64,000 nucleotides of DNA from SAR202 cluster bacterium (GTDB taxonomy: Bacteria; Chloroflexota; Dehalococcoidia; Lucifugimonadales; UBA826), in assembly GCA_009392815.1 (NCBI GenBank), contig VFFS01000055.1:66-64065 (forward strand), in the 5' to 3' direction. This document shows, in pieces, positions 48,838-59,249 of this stretch. Position 1 is the stretch's first letter, and every line of letters starts with the position of its first letter. The notes under the pieces are model-generated. The model saw nothing but the letters and a program-made list of their open reading frames with translations. It was not told the DNA's origin and searched no databases. A program made the translations under genes and the position numbers.

Positions 48838-51159
48838 TCAAATCGGGGAGAGAAGTTGCCTGGACACAGAAGTTTCATCCACCGCCGTTTCTGTATAGCA
48901 CATGTGAATGGTCTCAACTTTAGACCAAATATCTAACTGATCCGCATAGTGAGGACTCCCAGGATGACCAGAGGAGCCGAGTGGCACGATCCAACGAGAA
49001 TTATCCCAATTAGATGCGTCAAAAACATACCGCGCCACTGACATACCGGTCATTACAAATGGATTTGTATGTGCAAAACTGCCAGCCTGAGGGGTATCTC
49101 CATCTCCCCCCATAGCCACAGATGGCGGATCAAGTTTTTTAGACAGATCCGGATGATATTCTGACAGAGGATGTACTGGATTTGTATGGTGTACTCGACC
49201 CCATTCCCAACTACTAACATCCTCCCCCAAAATATCAATTAGCCATAATATTCCATCGCTAAACGCTTTAGGTACAATACTTTCCCAAGTTTCACCTTCA
49301 GGCAACAATGATTCGTTCCTAAAATCGGCATCCGTCACAAGGTTGGAAGCGAGTTGGCTAACATGCCTCGGTGCACCTCTCCCACCCGCGATAAGAGCTT
49401 CACCAGCTAACGAACCGAAGAGATTTTGAAATACGCGGTCATGCAGTTTCAGTCTAAAAGCCGAATAAATAGTTGCGGCAGTGGAATCAGAATCCATAAC
49501 ACCGTTCCATTCAATCAGAATTTTCTTCGCAGACTCCTCAACGGAACCACTAGGCACAACTTCCTTTAAGATGTCCATATAAACGAGTGCAGGAATAGAA
49601 GTTCGCTCTGAGTGAATAGCCACCATGTCTTCGACAGTAGCTTTCCTAAGTCCTAACACTCTCTCAATGATCCTTCTAGATCTGTACTCTGGAGCATATT
49701 CAAGGGCTATGTAATAAGGATAATCTTCATCCACTATACGATTGTTGGCAGTCACTATGAATCCGTTCTCCGGATTTGTGGATCTAGGTAGCTCATCAAA
49801 GGGGATATATCCTGACCATTCATGATCTCCATCCCATCCGGGAACAGGCAACCAAGCATTGTCCATCGACCTTATAGGAACCTTGCCTCGGTTTAAATAT
49901 CTAATATCACCGTAGACATCCACAAAAACATAGTTATTACATGGATCAACCCAATCTCGCATCGCTTCATCTGCGTCATTAATGGATGCAGCCACCATTT
50001 GGGGAATAAGAGACTGAAAACCAAGATTGGGGCCAAACGTTGATGTATAGCTAAATGCCAGTCCTTTGGTCAAATCTTCATTTTCCAGAAAAATTGGGCC
50101 ATGTTTAGTTACTCTTACATCAATCGACTCAGAATCTTGGCCAGCTACTTTTATAATTTCCTTTCTAATTTCAGCATCTACTAAAGATCCTTTCCATCTA
50201 TATTTAGAGGGATCTGAGAATTCAAAATTTTCCACAAAAATATCTTGATAGTCAGCACCTGCATGAGTAACACACCAAGCTACATTCTGGTTGTGACCAA
50301 AATGTGGAAACCCTGGTACTCCCGGAAAAGAAAGACCAATAACATCAATGGATTCCGAAGTTACATGATTTTGATAATAGCAATTGGGAGTGTCTAGACC
50401 TCTGTGCGGATCCCCACTTAGAAGCGGTTTACCGGAATAAGTCTTAGAACCATGTAATGCCCAACTATTGCTACCAGAATCAGGAGATTCTTTCAACCAT
50501 TCAATTGACTCCAAATTATTTTTAAAATGATCAAACCCAGCGGCGGCAGGACCAGAATATTTGTTAAGTGGAGGCACAATAACAAAATGCCCTTCCTGGT
50601 ACCCTCTCAACAAATCAGAAGCAATATCCGCCCCCAATTCGTTAGCCAATTGAGCACGCCATAATTTGCCTTCGAATACCCCCATCATAATGTGACGCAC
50701 TTTATAGACTGCAATGCAATCTATTGGTGTCCATGGCTCTGGCGCACCTGATACTAAAGTATATTCAATGGGAAAACTTTTTGTAGATTGGATAAATGCG
50801 TTCACTCCAGATGAATAGGCTTCCAACATCTCGCGGGTTTCGACATTAAGTGCCCCATAGTCCAACTCCGCCGAAGATTTGATTTGAAACCTACGCATCA
50901 TTTTGTCACTTTCCACACCACCAATGCCCACAAATTCAGACCATCGCCCATAAGCCTGTCTTCTATCAAAATCCATATGCCACAACCTATCCTGAGCTGT
51001 CGCAAATCCCTGTCCAAAAAAGGCATCATTGTTATTCTTAGCTCGAATATGGGGAATGCCATATTTATCTCTGACAATGGTCACTTCACTATCGATACCA
51101 GGGACGCTAATAAACGATTCCGTATCTGGAAGAGAGGAAGAGAAATTTAGATCAGCCAT
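48838..51159 (-). CDS. Penicillin acylase family (Ntn hydrolase, S45)
   Basis: RD.YGIPHI.A, GQGF..AQDRLW.M, GSNSW nucleophile, DPH, GHN, TANN, GSSGHP.SPHY.DQ. Confidence 0.92.
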   Translation of the reverse strand: MADLNFSSSLPDTESFISVPGIDSEVTIVRDKYGIPHIRAKNNNDAFFGQGFATAQDRLWHMDFDRRQAYGRWSEFVGIGGVESDKMMRRFQIKSSAELDYGALNVETREMLEAYSSGVNAFIQSTKSFPIEYTLVSGAPEPWTPIDCIAVYKVRHIMMGVFEGKLWRAQLANELGADIASDLLRGYQEGHFVIVPPLNKYSGPAAAGFDHFKNNLESIEWLKESPDSGSNSWALHGSKTYSGKPLLSGDPHRGLDTPNCYYQNHVTSESIDVIGLSFPGVPGFPHFGHNQNVAWCVTHAGADYQDIFVENFEFSDPSKYRWKGSLVDAEIRKEIIKVAGQDSESIDVRVTKHGPIFLENEDLTKGLAFSYTSTFGPNLGFQSLIPQMVAASINDADEAMRDWVDPCNNYVFVDVYGDIRYLNRGKVPIRSMDNAWLPVPGWDGDHEWSGYIPFDELPRSTNPENGFIVTANNRIVDEDYPYYIALEYAPEYRSRRIIERVLGLRKATVEDMVAIHSERTSIPALVYMDILKEVVPSGSVEESAKKILIEWNGVMDSDSTAATIYSAFRLKLHDRVFQNLFGSLAGEALIAGGRGAPRHVSQLASNLVTDADFRNESLLPEGETWESIVPKAFSDGILWLIDILGEDVSSWEWGRVHHTNPVHPLSEYHPDLSKKLDPPSVAMGGDGDTPQAGSFAHTNPFVMTGMSVARYVFDASNWDNSRWIVPLGSSGHPGSPHYADQLDIWSKVETIHMCYTETAVDETSVSRQLLSPI

Positions 51160-51214
51160 GAGTGCTCCTTCTAGTGTCGCAATTAACTTTTCAACTTTGG
51201 TTAAATTTTAAAAA

Positions 51215-53695
51215 TCACGTGACAGAAACAGGATTTATATCCACAGACCATCCGTTCAGACCCTCTGCCCTATTTCCATCGTATGCCAATTGGTTTACTT
51301 TATCTAAGAGAATCCTAGGATTTGGACCCTTCAAGATTATTTGCCATCTATACCTGCCTTTCACCCGAGATGGGAAAGCGGGCAGCGGGCCAAAAACATC
51401 CGTGTCAGACAGACCCCATTTGTTTCGTTCATCGAATAACTCATTGACCAAACCCTTGGCCTGTTTCTCAGCTCTAGAGTTATTAGTATCTTCTCTGACT
51501 AAGCGTATCAGTCTAGTAAAAGGAGGATAGGCATTAAGTTTCCTGTAAGCTGACTCCATATCAAAAAACGACCTGTAATCTTGTTTTGACGCCGCAACCA
51601 CTGCATAGTGTTCAGGTTGATAAGTTTGTATTATTACTTTCCCAGGTCTTTCACCTCTGCCCGCCCTTCCAGAAACTTGGCACAAGGTCTGAAATACTTT
51701 TTCTCCCGATCGAAAATCTGGCATATTAAGACCTATATCCGCAGAAATTACTCCAACAAGAGTCACATTTGGAAAATGGTGACCTTTCGCTACTAGCTGG
51801 GTACCAATTAGTATGCTGGAACTTCTGGAACTAAATTGATCAATAATTGATTCATATTGCTTAGGTCGAGTAGCAACGTCTCTGTCCCACCTCAAGGCAT
51901 TGGCATCGGGAAATAATTCATCTATTCGTTTAGCTACCGATTGGGTTCCCAGACCATATCGACCAAGTGAATCCTCCGTACATGAAGGACAATTAGAGGG
52001 AAATAGTCTATTACGGCCACAATAATGACAAACCAATCGGTCATACTGTGAATGATAGGTAAGAGAGATATCACAGCTACCACATTTAATCACCGAACCA
52101 CATGATCGGCACTGTACGAAGGAGGAGGCTCCTCTACGATTCAGAAACAATATGATTTGTTCACCCAACTTCAGGGTCTCGTCGATAGACTGATACAACG
52201 ATCTGCTCAGAATATCCCTATTGCCTACCTTGAGTTCTTCCCTCATATCGACAACAGAGACCGAGGCTAACTCACTTCTACCAATGTCATTTACCCGAGA
52301 ATGGGGAATGAACCTTTGCCTTAGTTCAGCAAATTCATATCTTCCCCGCTTGGATCGAATAAAGGATTCTAAATCCGGCGAAGCTGAGCCAAGAAGTACT
52401 ACAGAACGAGAAATTCCCGCTATCTGCATAGCCACCTCACGAGCATGATATCTAGGAGAAGACTCGTTTTGTTTATATGTCCACTCATGCTCTTCATCCA
52501 AAACTATTAACCCAATATCTGGAAGTGGCGCGAATATAGCCCCCCTAGAACCAATTACAACTTGATACTCCCCATTTTTGATTTTCCACCATTGATCATA
52601 TCTTTCACCGGCTGACAGGCCGCTGTGAGAAATTGCTACTTGACCTTGAAACCTCGACTCAAACCTTTGAATCGTCTGAGGAGTCAAAGCTATCTCAGGA
52701 ACAAGAACAATTGCGTTCTTTCCTAATGAAATGCACTCTTTTACTGCCTCAATATATACTTCCGTTTTCCCACTACCCGTTACTCCGTACAACAAAATGG
52801 CGCGGGGGTTATGCTCGGGATGCTGAAGCATGTTTTTGATCACGCATAGAGCTTCTTCTTGCTCTTCTCTTAGACTTAATGAAGGAGCTGCATCGTATAT
52901 TTTCCCTCTCAAAGGGTCCCGAAATATTTGGATTTTTTCTTGAGTAATAAAACCCTTTTTCAAAACTGAGTTAACGGCAGAGGCACCAAATAGTTTACGA
53001 GCCTCTGGCATTGTTAGGTCATTTTTCCGGATCTGGAGTGTTTGTATAAATTCCTTCTGTTTGTGGGCTCGATCTAGTTCCTGTTTATTCAAGGCATCAA
53101 CTGCAGCCTTAGTGACACGTGGAACAAACTTGAAACGTTCACTTACAGAAGTTCTGCTTCTCTCCACATGTCTCACAACCAAGCCATATTCTTCTAAGGC
53201 TTTGATAGCAGATCGAGCACCCCGTCCGAACCGGGAAACAATCTTATCTAAACGAAAGCGTTCGTTTGTTCCCAAATAGTCCATAATGTCCCCTTGAAAT
53301 CTTGAAATCTTGAAGGTTTCTTCTGAAGATCTTTTAGACCCAGAAGCTGAGATCCAAATAATTTCACGAGTTCGGATTCCTGGGGGAATCATGAGTGAAG
53401 CAGCTTCAAAAAGAGAGCACATGTAGTACTCGCTTAGCCAGGAGACAATTTTTAAATGCAGAGGGTCGACAAGCACCCTTGTGTCAGATATTTCAATAAT
53501 ATCCCGAGTTTTCTCAACCTGGGGCTCACCTGACACTTCAATGACAATCCCCTGTCGAGAACGGGGGCCGAAGGGAACAATCACTAAATGGCCAGGATTA
53601 ACTACGAGTCCATCAGGAATGGAATAACTAAAAGTTCGGCCATATCCGGCAGGGGCATCTACTGCTATCTCTGCAAATTTCAAAACCAAGCCCAC
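51215..53695 (-). CDS. priA: Primosomal protein N' (PriA)
   Basis: GVTGSGKTEVY, VPEIALTPQ, DEEHE, GSASP, NRRG, two Cys clusters, GTQLVAKG, QVSGRAGR. Confidence 0.96.
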   Translation of the reverse strand: MGLVLKFAEIAVDAPAGYGRTFSYSIPDGLVVNPGHLVIVPFGPRSRQGIVIEVSGEPQVEKTRDIIEISDTRVLVDPLHLKIVSWLSEYYMCSLFEAASLMIPPGIRTREIIWISASGSKRSSEETFKISRFQGDIMDYLGTNERFRLDKIVSRFGRGARSAIKALEEYGLVVRHVERSRTSVSERFKFVPRVTKAAVDALNKQELDRAHKQKEFIQTLQIRKNDLTMPEARKLFGASAVNSVLKKGFITQEKIQIFRDPLRGKIYDAAPSLSLREEQEEALCVIKNMLQHPEHNPRAILLYGVTGSGKTEVYIEAVKECISLGKNAIVLVPEIALTPQTIQRFESRFQGQVAISHSGLSAGERYDQWWKIKNGEYQVVIGSRGAIFAPLPDIGLIVLDEEHEWTYKQNESSPRYHAREVAMQIAGISRSVVLLGSASPDLESFIRSKRGRYEFAELRQRFIPHSRVNDIGRSELASVSVVDMREELKVGNRDILSRSLYQSIDETLKLGEQIILFLNRRGASSFVQCRSCGSVIKCGSCDISLTYHSQYDRLVCHYCGRNRLFPSNCPSCTEDSLGRYGLGTQSVAKRIDELFPDANALRWDRDVATRPKQYESIIDQFSSRSSSILIGTQLVAKGHHFPNVTLVGVISADIGLNMPDFRSGEKVFQTLCQVSGRAGRGERPGKVIIQTYQPEHYAVVAASKQDYRSFFDMESAYRKLNAYPPFTRLIRLVREDTNNSRAEKQAKGLVNELFDERNKWGLSDTDVFGPLPAFPSRVKGRYRWQIILKGPNPRILLDKVNQLAYDGNRAEGLNGWSVDINPVSVT

Positions 53696-53803
53696 CTATA
53701 CGATTATCGCATTCAGGAGCAACTACCCAAAGTATAAGGGCTACATGATGTATATGATCAAACCCGTAAGCAAATCACTTACAAGAAATAACCACATAAT
53801 GGT

Positions 53804-54148
53804 CTAACCTCGACGTGCCTCTTTGATCCGTGCAGACCTGCCAGATCTTCCCCTCAGGTAATATAACCTGGAGCGGCGAACTCGTCCTCGGCGTGTAACA
53901 TTGACAGAGTCAACATTGGGAGAGCAGAAAAGAAAAGTTCTTTCTACTCCAACCTGATTGGCTACACGCCTAACAGTGAAAGTTTCGCCCTGACCTTTGC
54001 CACGGCGTCTTATCACGACACCTTCATAAGCCTGTGTCCTGACTCGTTCCCCCTCAACCACCTTAACGTTAACCCTTACAGTATCACCCGAAGAGAAATC
54101 TTCTATATTTGGGTTTTTATCAACCGGTATTAGATCGTGAGCATCCAT
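53804..54148 (-). CDS. rplS: 50S ribosomal protein L19
   Basis: F..GDTVRV.VKVVEG.R.R.Q.YEGVVI, TFTVRR...VGVER.F, G.VRR..LYYLR; probable ATG at 54148. Confidence 0.96.
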   Translation of the reverse strand: MDAHDLIPVDKNPNIEDFSSGDTVRVNVKVVEGERVRTQAYEGVVIRRRGKGQGETFTVRRVANQVGVERTFLFCSPNVDSVNVTRRGRVRRSRLYYLRGRSGRSARIKEARRG

Positions 54149-54397
54149 ATCATATCCACTCTGACATTTGTTACATGTGAAAACCTTAATTTGCATCCCA
54201 CCCCAAAAAGGCAAAAACGCAAGAGCATCAATTTTAACTTCACATCAGGTTAATTATCAATAAGCTGGTCTATACTGTTTGCCATGAACACGATTTAACT
54301 GGGTAATAGATTTGGTAGAATTGACAACGAAACGTTTTTTAGTATGTCGATTAACTAATTCAGAAAATTGCATCAACTTTGAATAGGGGTGAGATAT

Positions 54398-54598
54398 ATG
54401 CCTTTTAGATTCGGCCCCATGGAATTAATAATAGTTCTGGTGGTAGTCCTAATAATTTTTGGCGTGGGTAGGCTTCCTGAGATAGGAGGAGCGATGGGGA
54501 AAGCCCTCAAGGAATTCAGGAACACTCAGAAAAACCAGCCAGGATCCGATGACAATATTATCGACAACGAGTCAAAGGACGATGCCAAACAAGCATAA
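54398..54598 (+). CDS. tatA: Twin-arginine translocase TatA
   Basis: [31 protein letters not shown]. Confidence 0.93.
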   Translation: MPFRFGPMELIIVLVVVLIIFGVGRLPEIGGAMGKALKEFRNTQKNQPGSDDNIIDNESKDDAKQA

Positions 54599-54702
54599 TT
54601 CTGTTAATAAATCCCTATCGCGAAACGGTAACTGAATCCCAACCATTTTAGTTTTTGCTGAATTGAGTCCTGATGGTTTTTACTAACAGACCCATTCTTA
54701 GA

Positions 54703-55452
54703 CTATTCATCTTTTTTTGTTTTTCTTTCCCTAATTTTGGACCCTAATTTTGAAAGCTGTATTCCAACTTCATAAAGGACGATTATTGGGCCGGCTACGA
54801 GAGCCTGGTTGATTGGATCTAGTGTGGGTGTGATCAGTGCTCCTAGAATAAAAGATAATACTATCGCCCATCTTCTGTTTCGGGCAAGAAACCTAGGCCC
54901 AACTACTCCAATTCTAGAAAGAAAAAAAAGTATGATGGGCAGCTCAAAGACTATGCCCATCCAGAACAAAAGAGACAGCATAAGATTTACATAATTCCCA
55001 ATCCTAATCATCGGAACAGCAACATCACTGCCAAATGTGATGAGGAATCTCACCGCAGGCGGAAATAAAACGAAATATCCGAACAAAGCCCCTATAAAAA
55101 ACACAAAAAGACTCAACGGCATTAGAACGAAAAGGTAACGCCTTTCAGTGGGATTTAATCCGGGGGAAACAAACATTACCATTTGCCACAACAGAAATGG
55201 TAAAGATGCAAAAACTCCCACAAGTAAAGAAGCTTTCATTGCGATACCCAGAAATTCCGTCAAGTCTGTGTAAATAGGTTTACTGTGTGGTAAATCAGTA
55301 AAGTCACCAGCTGGTTCCATGAGAATTAGAAGAATTTGTTGATGGAAAACGAAAGCAATTACCGTAAGAGTAAATATTGATACAGCAGACCAAGTTAGAC
55401 GTCTTCTCAACTCATTAAGATGACCAGATAAACTTTGACCTTCCTCGCTCAC
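54703..55452 (-). CDS. tatC: Twin-arginine translocase TatC
   Basis: HLNELRRRL, F.SPGL...ER, FELP, ITP..DP, LYE. Confidence 0.95.
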   Translation of the reverse strand: MSEEGQSLSGHLNELRRRLTWSAVSIFTLTVIAFVFHQQILLILMEPAGDFTDLPHSKPIYTDLTEFLGIAMKASLLVGVFASLPFLLWQMVMFVSPGLNPTERRYLFVLMPLSLFVFFIGALFGYFVLFPPAVRFLITFGSDVAVPMIRIGNYVNLMLSLLFWMGIVFELPIILFFLSRIGVVGPRFLARNRRWAIVLSFILGALITPTLDPINQALVAGPIIVLYEVGIQLSKLGSKIRERKTKKDE

Positions 55453-55850
55453 CCTTCTCTGACCTCTCCAGAACTTCCTCTCTCGTCTTTGTGGCCTGTT
55501 TCTTCTCCATCAGAAACGGATAAATCTTCGTCGTTATCATCTCGAGCATTTGTAGCAAGTTTTTTTCTGGACCTAAAGGGTATTGGATCGTCCATAACCT
55601 CATTCTTGGTTCTATTGTCCAATCTGCTATCTGCTTCTAGTTGATCTCCATCCACAGTCCTTGATTGATCTAGGATCTCATCCTCATCTATATCGTCCAA
55701 ATCAAGGTGAGGAATATCTGCTGCCATATTCTTAGCTTGGCCAACAAGTTTACCTAGAGCACGTGCAGCCTCTATCATCTTTTGAGGGCCTAGAAAAATG
55801 AAGGCTATTAGAAGGATTACAATAACTTCCAAGCTACCCATTCCCATCAT
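55449..55850 (-). CDS. tatB: Twin-arginine translocase TatB-like
   Basis: G.G..E..VILLIAFI.LGP.K....R.LG, acidic tail; overlaps tatC start. Confidence 0.8.
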   Translation of the reverse strand: MMGMGSLEVIVILLIAFIFLGPQKMIEAARALGKLVGQAKNMAADIPHLDLDDIDEDEILDQSRTVDGDQLEADSRLDNRTKNEVMDDPIPFRSRKKLATNARDDNDEDLSVSDGEETGHKDERGSSGEVREG

Positions 55851-56506
55851 GTCAAAGTCACCGCCTCCACACTGAATTCCCGGGCATCAACCTGATCCCC
55901 ACAATGTATCCCTTCCTCTAAAACACCTTTCTGAGACAAAATATCTGAAAGGGCGCACAACGGTAATCCCACGGCGGACGTATAGCATCCTTCGATCCGC
56001 CTCGCTGGTTGGAAAACCTTATTTTGGATCGCATAACCACCAGCTTTGTCCATCGGATCACCTGTGGTTACATATTCATCAATTTCCATATCGGAGTAAC
56101 TCCTCATATGAATCAAAGTTCTTATTGTTCGAGAACATAATTCGCCATTATGATCAGATACAACAACAGAGGTGATCACTGTGTGAGTTATGCCTCTTAA
56201 TGAATTTAGCATCTCCCTCGCATGGCTAGCACTCTGGGGCTTCCCAAGAATTTCTCCGGCCAACTCCACGGAAGTATCAGAACCTATTACCACCTGGTTG
56301 TCCTTGATATTGCCAACAGCATTTGTCGCTTTAATAACAGCCATCCTTGAAACATACCGACCGGCGGATTCGCCAAACAGTGGTGGCGTTTCAAATGAAT
56401 TTGGAGCAACGAATTTAAGTGGCAAACCCAGCCTGCCAATTAGGAGCTTCCTACGAGGAGACGTGGAAGCAAGTATTAACTCTTTAATTTTTTTTCGTTC
56501 TGGCAT
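55847..56506 (-). CDS. maf: Maf family nucleotide pyrophosphatase
   Basis: LILASTSPRR, GSDT.V, ILGKP, DKAGGYAIQ, EGCY...VGLP. Confidence 0.93.
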   Translation of the reverse strand: MPERKKIKELILASTSPRRKLLIGRLGLPLKFVAPNSFETPPLFGESAGRYVSRMAVIKATNAVGNIKDNQVVIGSDTSVELAGEILGKPQSASHAREMLNSLRGITHTVITSVVVSDHNGELCSRTIRTLIHMRSYSDMEIDEYVTTGDPMDKAGGYAIQNKVFQPARRIEGCYTSAVGLPLCALSDILSQKGVLEEGIHCGDQVDAREFSVEAVTLT

Positions 56507-56573
56507 TATGAAAGGGGCACTGATTTAATATGTAGATGCAATATTAACTGAATAGGAATTTCCACATTTCCCG

Positions 56574-57827
56574 TTAACTAGAAATACTGAGACTGGCGAC
56601 ACATTCAACATGATAAGTTTGCGGAAACATGTCAACTGGCTGAACGTTCATTACCCGATAGTTTCCCTTGACAAGGATATCAAGATCTCTAGCCAGGCTG
56701 GAAGGATCACAGGATACATACGCGACTCTCAAGGGCCGACTATCGATTACTGCCTTCAGAGTGTCAGCATGGCATCCAATTCTCGGTGGATCAAGTATCA
56801 GGGCATCAATGTCATCATCTATTTCACCTAAAACTTTCTCTGTTTTCCCTAGAAGAAACTCTAAATTCTCCACATCCGATAACGCAGAGGCTGCATCACT
56901 AACTGCAGACGCTGATTCCTCTATTGCGAAAACCTTCTTTACACTGGAAGCCAATATAGCAGCAAAAGTTCCAACTCCCGCATAAGCGTCAACGAGGATT
57001 TGTTCTTTCGTAAGTGCAAGATGCTCTGAAACTAGATCAATCAAAGTTTCTGACTGGGGGGTGTTCACCTGAAAAAAAGAGGGCGACGCCACTCTGAAAG
57101 TGCGACCTTTGAGATTTTCGGTATACCATTTTTGACCTGATAAAAATGGTACCTCAGGAGCATGTAATGTCGGCTGTATCAGCCTGTCTCCCGTATTTGC
57201 CCCTACCCTAACAGATAAATTGGTAGTTTCAGAGACTTTATCTTGAAGGCCCTCTAAAACTTTATTGATTTCTGGTTCCATTAGCATACATTGGTCAATC
57301 CGGACAAACCGTCTAGTTATCCTATTAGAAAAACCCATCTGGCCACCAAAGCGGACAGTAAACCGAGCGTGATTTCTATATTCAAATTGCGAAGGAGCCG
57401 GAACAGTCGAGCATATATTAATATCGCTCAGAGTGCTGTAAAAAGAAAAGCTATCACTAACTATCCTACGCTTAAGTTCCAGCTGATGGTCATAGTCAAT
57501 GTGCTGCCATTGGCATCCACTACATGGGCCAAAATTGGGGCACGGGGCTTCAACCCTATGTGGGGATGGCTCAATTACTTGACAGACCATCCCAGATATA
57601 ACCGATCGTTTTCGCCGACGGTACCTATAAATTCTCGCCCTCACCAATTCGCCAGGAATACCACCAAAAACCGAAATATCCTCGCCATCAAAATCCGCTA
57701 CGCAGTCCCCTAGTTCACCTATATCTCCTAACCGAAGGTCAGCATATTCCCTATTATCGTCTTTATTTCTAAGTGGATCGAGTGACATATACCTATTTTT
57801 AGAGACCTTAGAGATTGAAGGATTCAT
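56574..57827 (-). CDS. rlmD: 23S rRNA (uracil-C5)-methyltransferase RlmD/TrmA family
   Basis: TRAM-like N-terminus, CPNFGPCSGCQWQ, SFFQVN, DAYAGVG, LDPPR.G, YVSCDP, DMFPQT.HVE. Confidence 0.9.
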   Translation of the reverse strand: MNPSISKVSKNRYMSLDPLRNKDDNREYADLRLGDIGELGDCVADFDGEDISVFGGIPGELVRARIYRYRRRKRSVISGMVCQVIEPSPHRVEAPCPNFGPCSGCQWQHIDYDHQLELKRRIVSDSFSFYSTLSDINICSTVPAPSQFEYRNHARFTVRFGGQMGFSNRITRRFVRIDQCMLMEPEINKVLEGLQDKVSETTNLSVRVGANTGDRLIQPTLHAPEVPFLSGQKWYTENLKGRTFRVASPSFFQVNTPQSETLIDLVSEHLALTKEQILVDAYAGVGTFAAILASSVKKVFAIEESASAVSDAASALSDVENLEFLLGKTEKVLGEIDDDIDALILDPPRIGCHADTLKAVIDSRPLRVAYVSCDPSSLARDLDILVKGNYRVMNVQPVDMFPQTYHVECVASLSISS

Positions 57828-57963
57828 AATAATTACCCGAAATATTACTGTCGTAATATACAGTCACGATTAAGTATACCGATTCGTCAGATTCTTTCTG
57901 ATAAGATTGAGACTTAAATGACAATAAGTGTACAACCTTTAATCAGAGGTAAATGCATCGATT

Positions 57964-58842
57964 ATGACCACAACCCGTAGGCTCCCCGTGTGGCTAAAGG
58001 TTAAGATGCCTGGCGGCCCAAATTATTCAAACCTGAAGAAGTTGATGCGTCAGGAAGGGTTACATACTGTTTGCGAAGAGGCGAGATGCCCAAATATTGG
58101 AGAATGCTGGGAAAGGGAAACGGCCACCTTCATGATACTTGGTGACACCTGCACTCGAGCCTGTACATATTGTGCCGTTAAAACAGGCAAACCAACGGGT
58201 TTGGATTTGGAAGAACCCTTGAGACTAGCTCAGACGGTCGAAAAACTTCAGCTCAAGTACGCTGTCATAACTTCCGTGAATAGGGACGATCTCGCAGATG
58301 GAGGGGCATTCATATTCTCTCAATGCATCACTCAGATAAAAAAACGAACGCCACGTTGCAAGGTGGAAGTTTTGACTCCTGACTTCCAAGGCGACATCAA
58401 AGCCCTAAAAAGTGTAATAGATTCAGGGCCGGATACATTCAATCACAACATTGAGACTGTAAGAAGGGTATTTCCTCGTATCAGAGCAAAAGGCGACTAT
58501 GACTTATCTTTAGATGTTTTAGCTAATGCAAAGCTCATAAATCCAGAATGCGTGACCAAGTCTGGCATGATGGTTGGATTGGGAGAAACGTTTGAGGAAA
58601 TTATAGACACTATGAAGGACTTGAGAAGGGTCAATTGCGACTTAATGACAATTGGTCAGTATCTTCGACCTTCTGTCAAACACTCCCCAATTTCGAAATG
58701 GTACACGCCACAAGAGTTTGAAGAGCTAAAGGACGAAGGAGAGAACCTGGGATTCAAACATATAGCCTCTGGACCATTGGTAAGAAGCTCATACCACGCC
58801 GATGAACAACACACCGCAGCAACCCTACTTCCCACAAACTGA
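57964..58842 (+). CDS. lipA: Lipoyl synthase
   Basis: CEEARCPNIGEC, CTRACTYC, NHNIET, GQYL.PS, RSSY. Confidence 0.97.
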   Translation: MTTTRRLPVWLKVKMPGGPNYSNLKKLMRQEGLHTVCEEARCPNIGECWERETATFMILGDTCTRACTYCAVKTGKPTGLDLEEPLRLAQTVEKLQLKYAVITSVNRDDLADGGAFIFSQCITQIKKRTPRCKVEVLTPDFQGDIKALKSVIDSGPDTFNHNIETVRRVFPRIRAKGDYDLSLDVLANAKLINPECVTKSGMMVGLGETFEEIIDTMKDLRRVNCDLMTIGQYLRPSVKHSPISKWYTPQEFEELKDEGENLGFKHIASGPLVRSSYHADEQHTAATLLPTN

Positions 58843-58893
58843 ATCCAAGCTGTCTACATCTAGATTCAGTTAGGCTCATTAAGAATTAGAATT

Positions 58894-59037
58894 TCAATCT
58901 GATGACGGAAGCTTTCTCGGCTGCTGAAGTTCCATTTCCGAATCGCAGCACTGTACTATTCCATCGCCAGCTTTAGTACACAACACGGTACTGCCACAGC
59001 TATCACATTCATATCTTCTACCCAATTGATTTGACAT
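58894..59037 (-). CDS. Desulforedoxin-like microprotein 2 (47 aa)
   Basis: MSNQLGRRYECDSCGSTVLCTKAGDGIVQCCDSEMELQQPRKLPSSD; CxxC-X15-CC; RBS AAAGGAAG; not in ORF track (<60 aa). Confidence 0.85.
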   Translation of the reverse strand: MSNQLGRRYECDSCGSTVLCTKAGDGIVQCCDSEMELQQPRKLPSSD

Positions 59038-59068
59038 CTACAACTTCCTTTCTGTGGTTTAGGTTCAC

Positions 59069-59185
59069 CTACTTTTTACTCATCGGCTCCCCGCAACATT
59101 CGATGGTCCCATCCGCACCGCGTGTAACAACAAATTCTGACCCACATTGTCCACATGAGTACCGTTTACCTGTTTCATTAGCCAA
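59069..59185 (-). CDS. Desulforedoxin-like microprotein 1 (38 aa)
   Basis: TTG start, MANETGKRYSCGQCGSEFVVTRGADGTIECCGEPMSKK; CxxC-X15-CC; RBS AGAGGTGA; not in ORF track. Confidence 0.85.
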   Translation of the reverse strand: MANETGKRYSCGQCGSEFVVTRGADGTIECCGEPMSKK

Positions 59186-59249
59186 TTCAATCACCTCTAA
59201 TCATCCGACATATAAAATAGTAAAACACATCATCTCTCAATAAATCAGA

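Noticed and set aside
54149-54214. Cys-containing N-terminal extension of L19 in the ORF track
   Set aside because: More likely upstream untranslated sequence; ATG at 54148 gives a normal-length L19
59031-59243. 70-aa plus-strand ORF from the track
   Set aside because: Antisense shadow of desulforedoxin-like gene 1, which has the RBS, promoter and a recognisable motif
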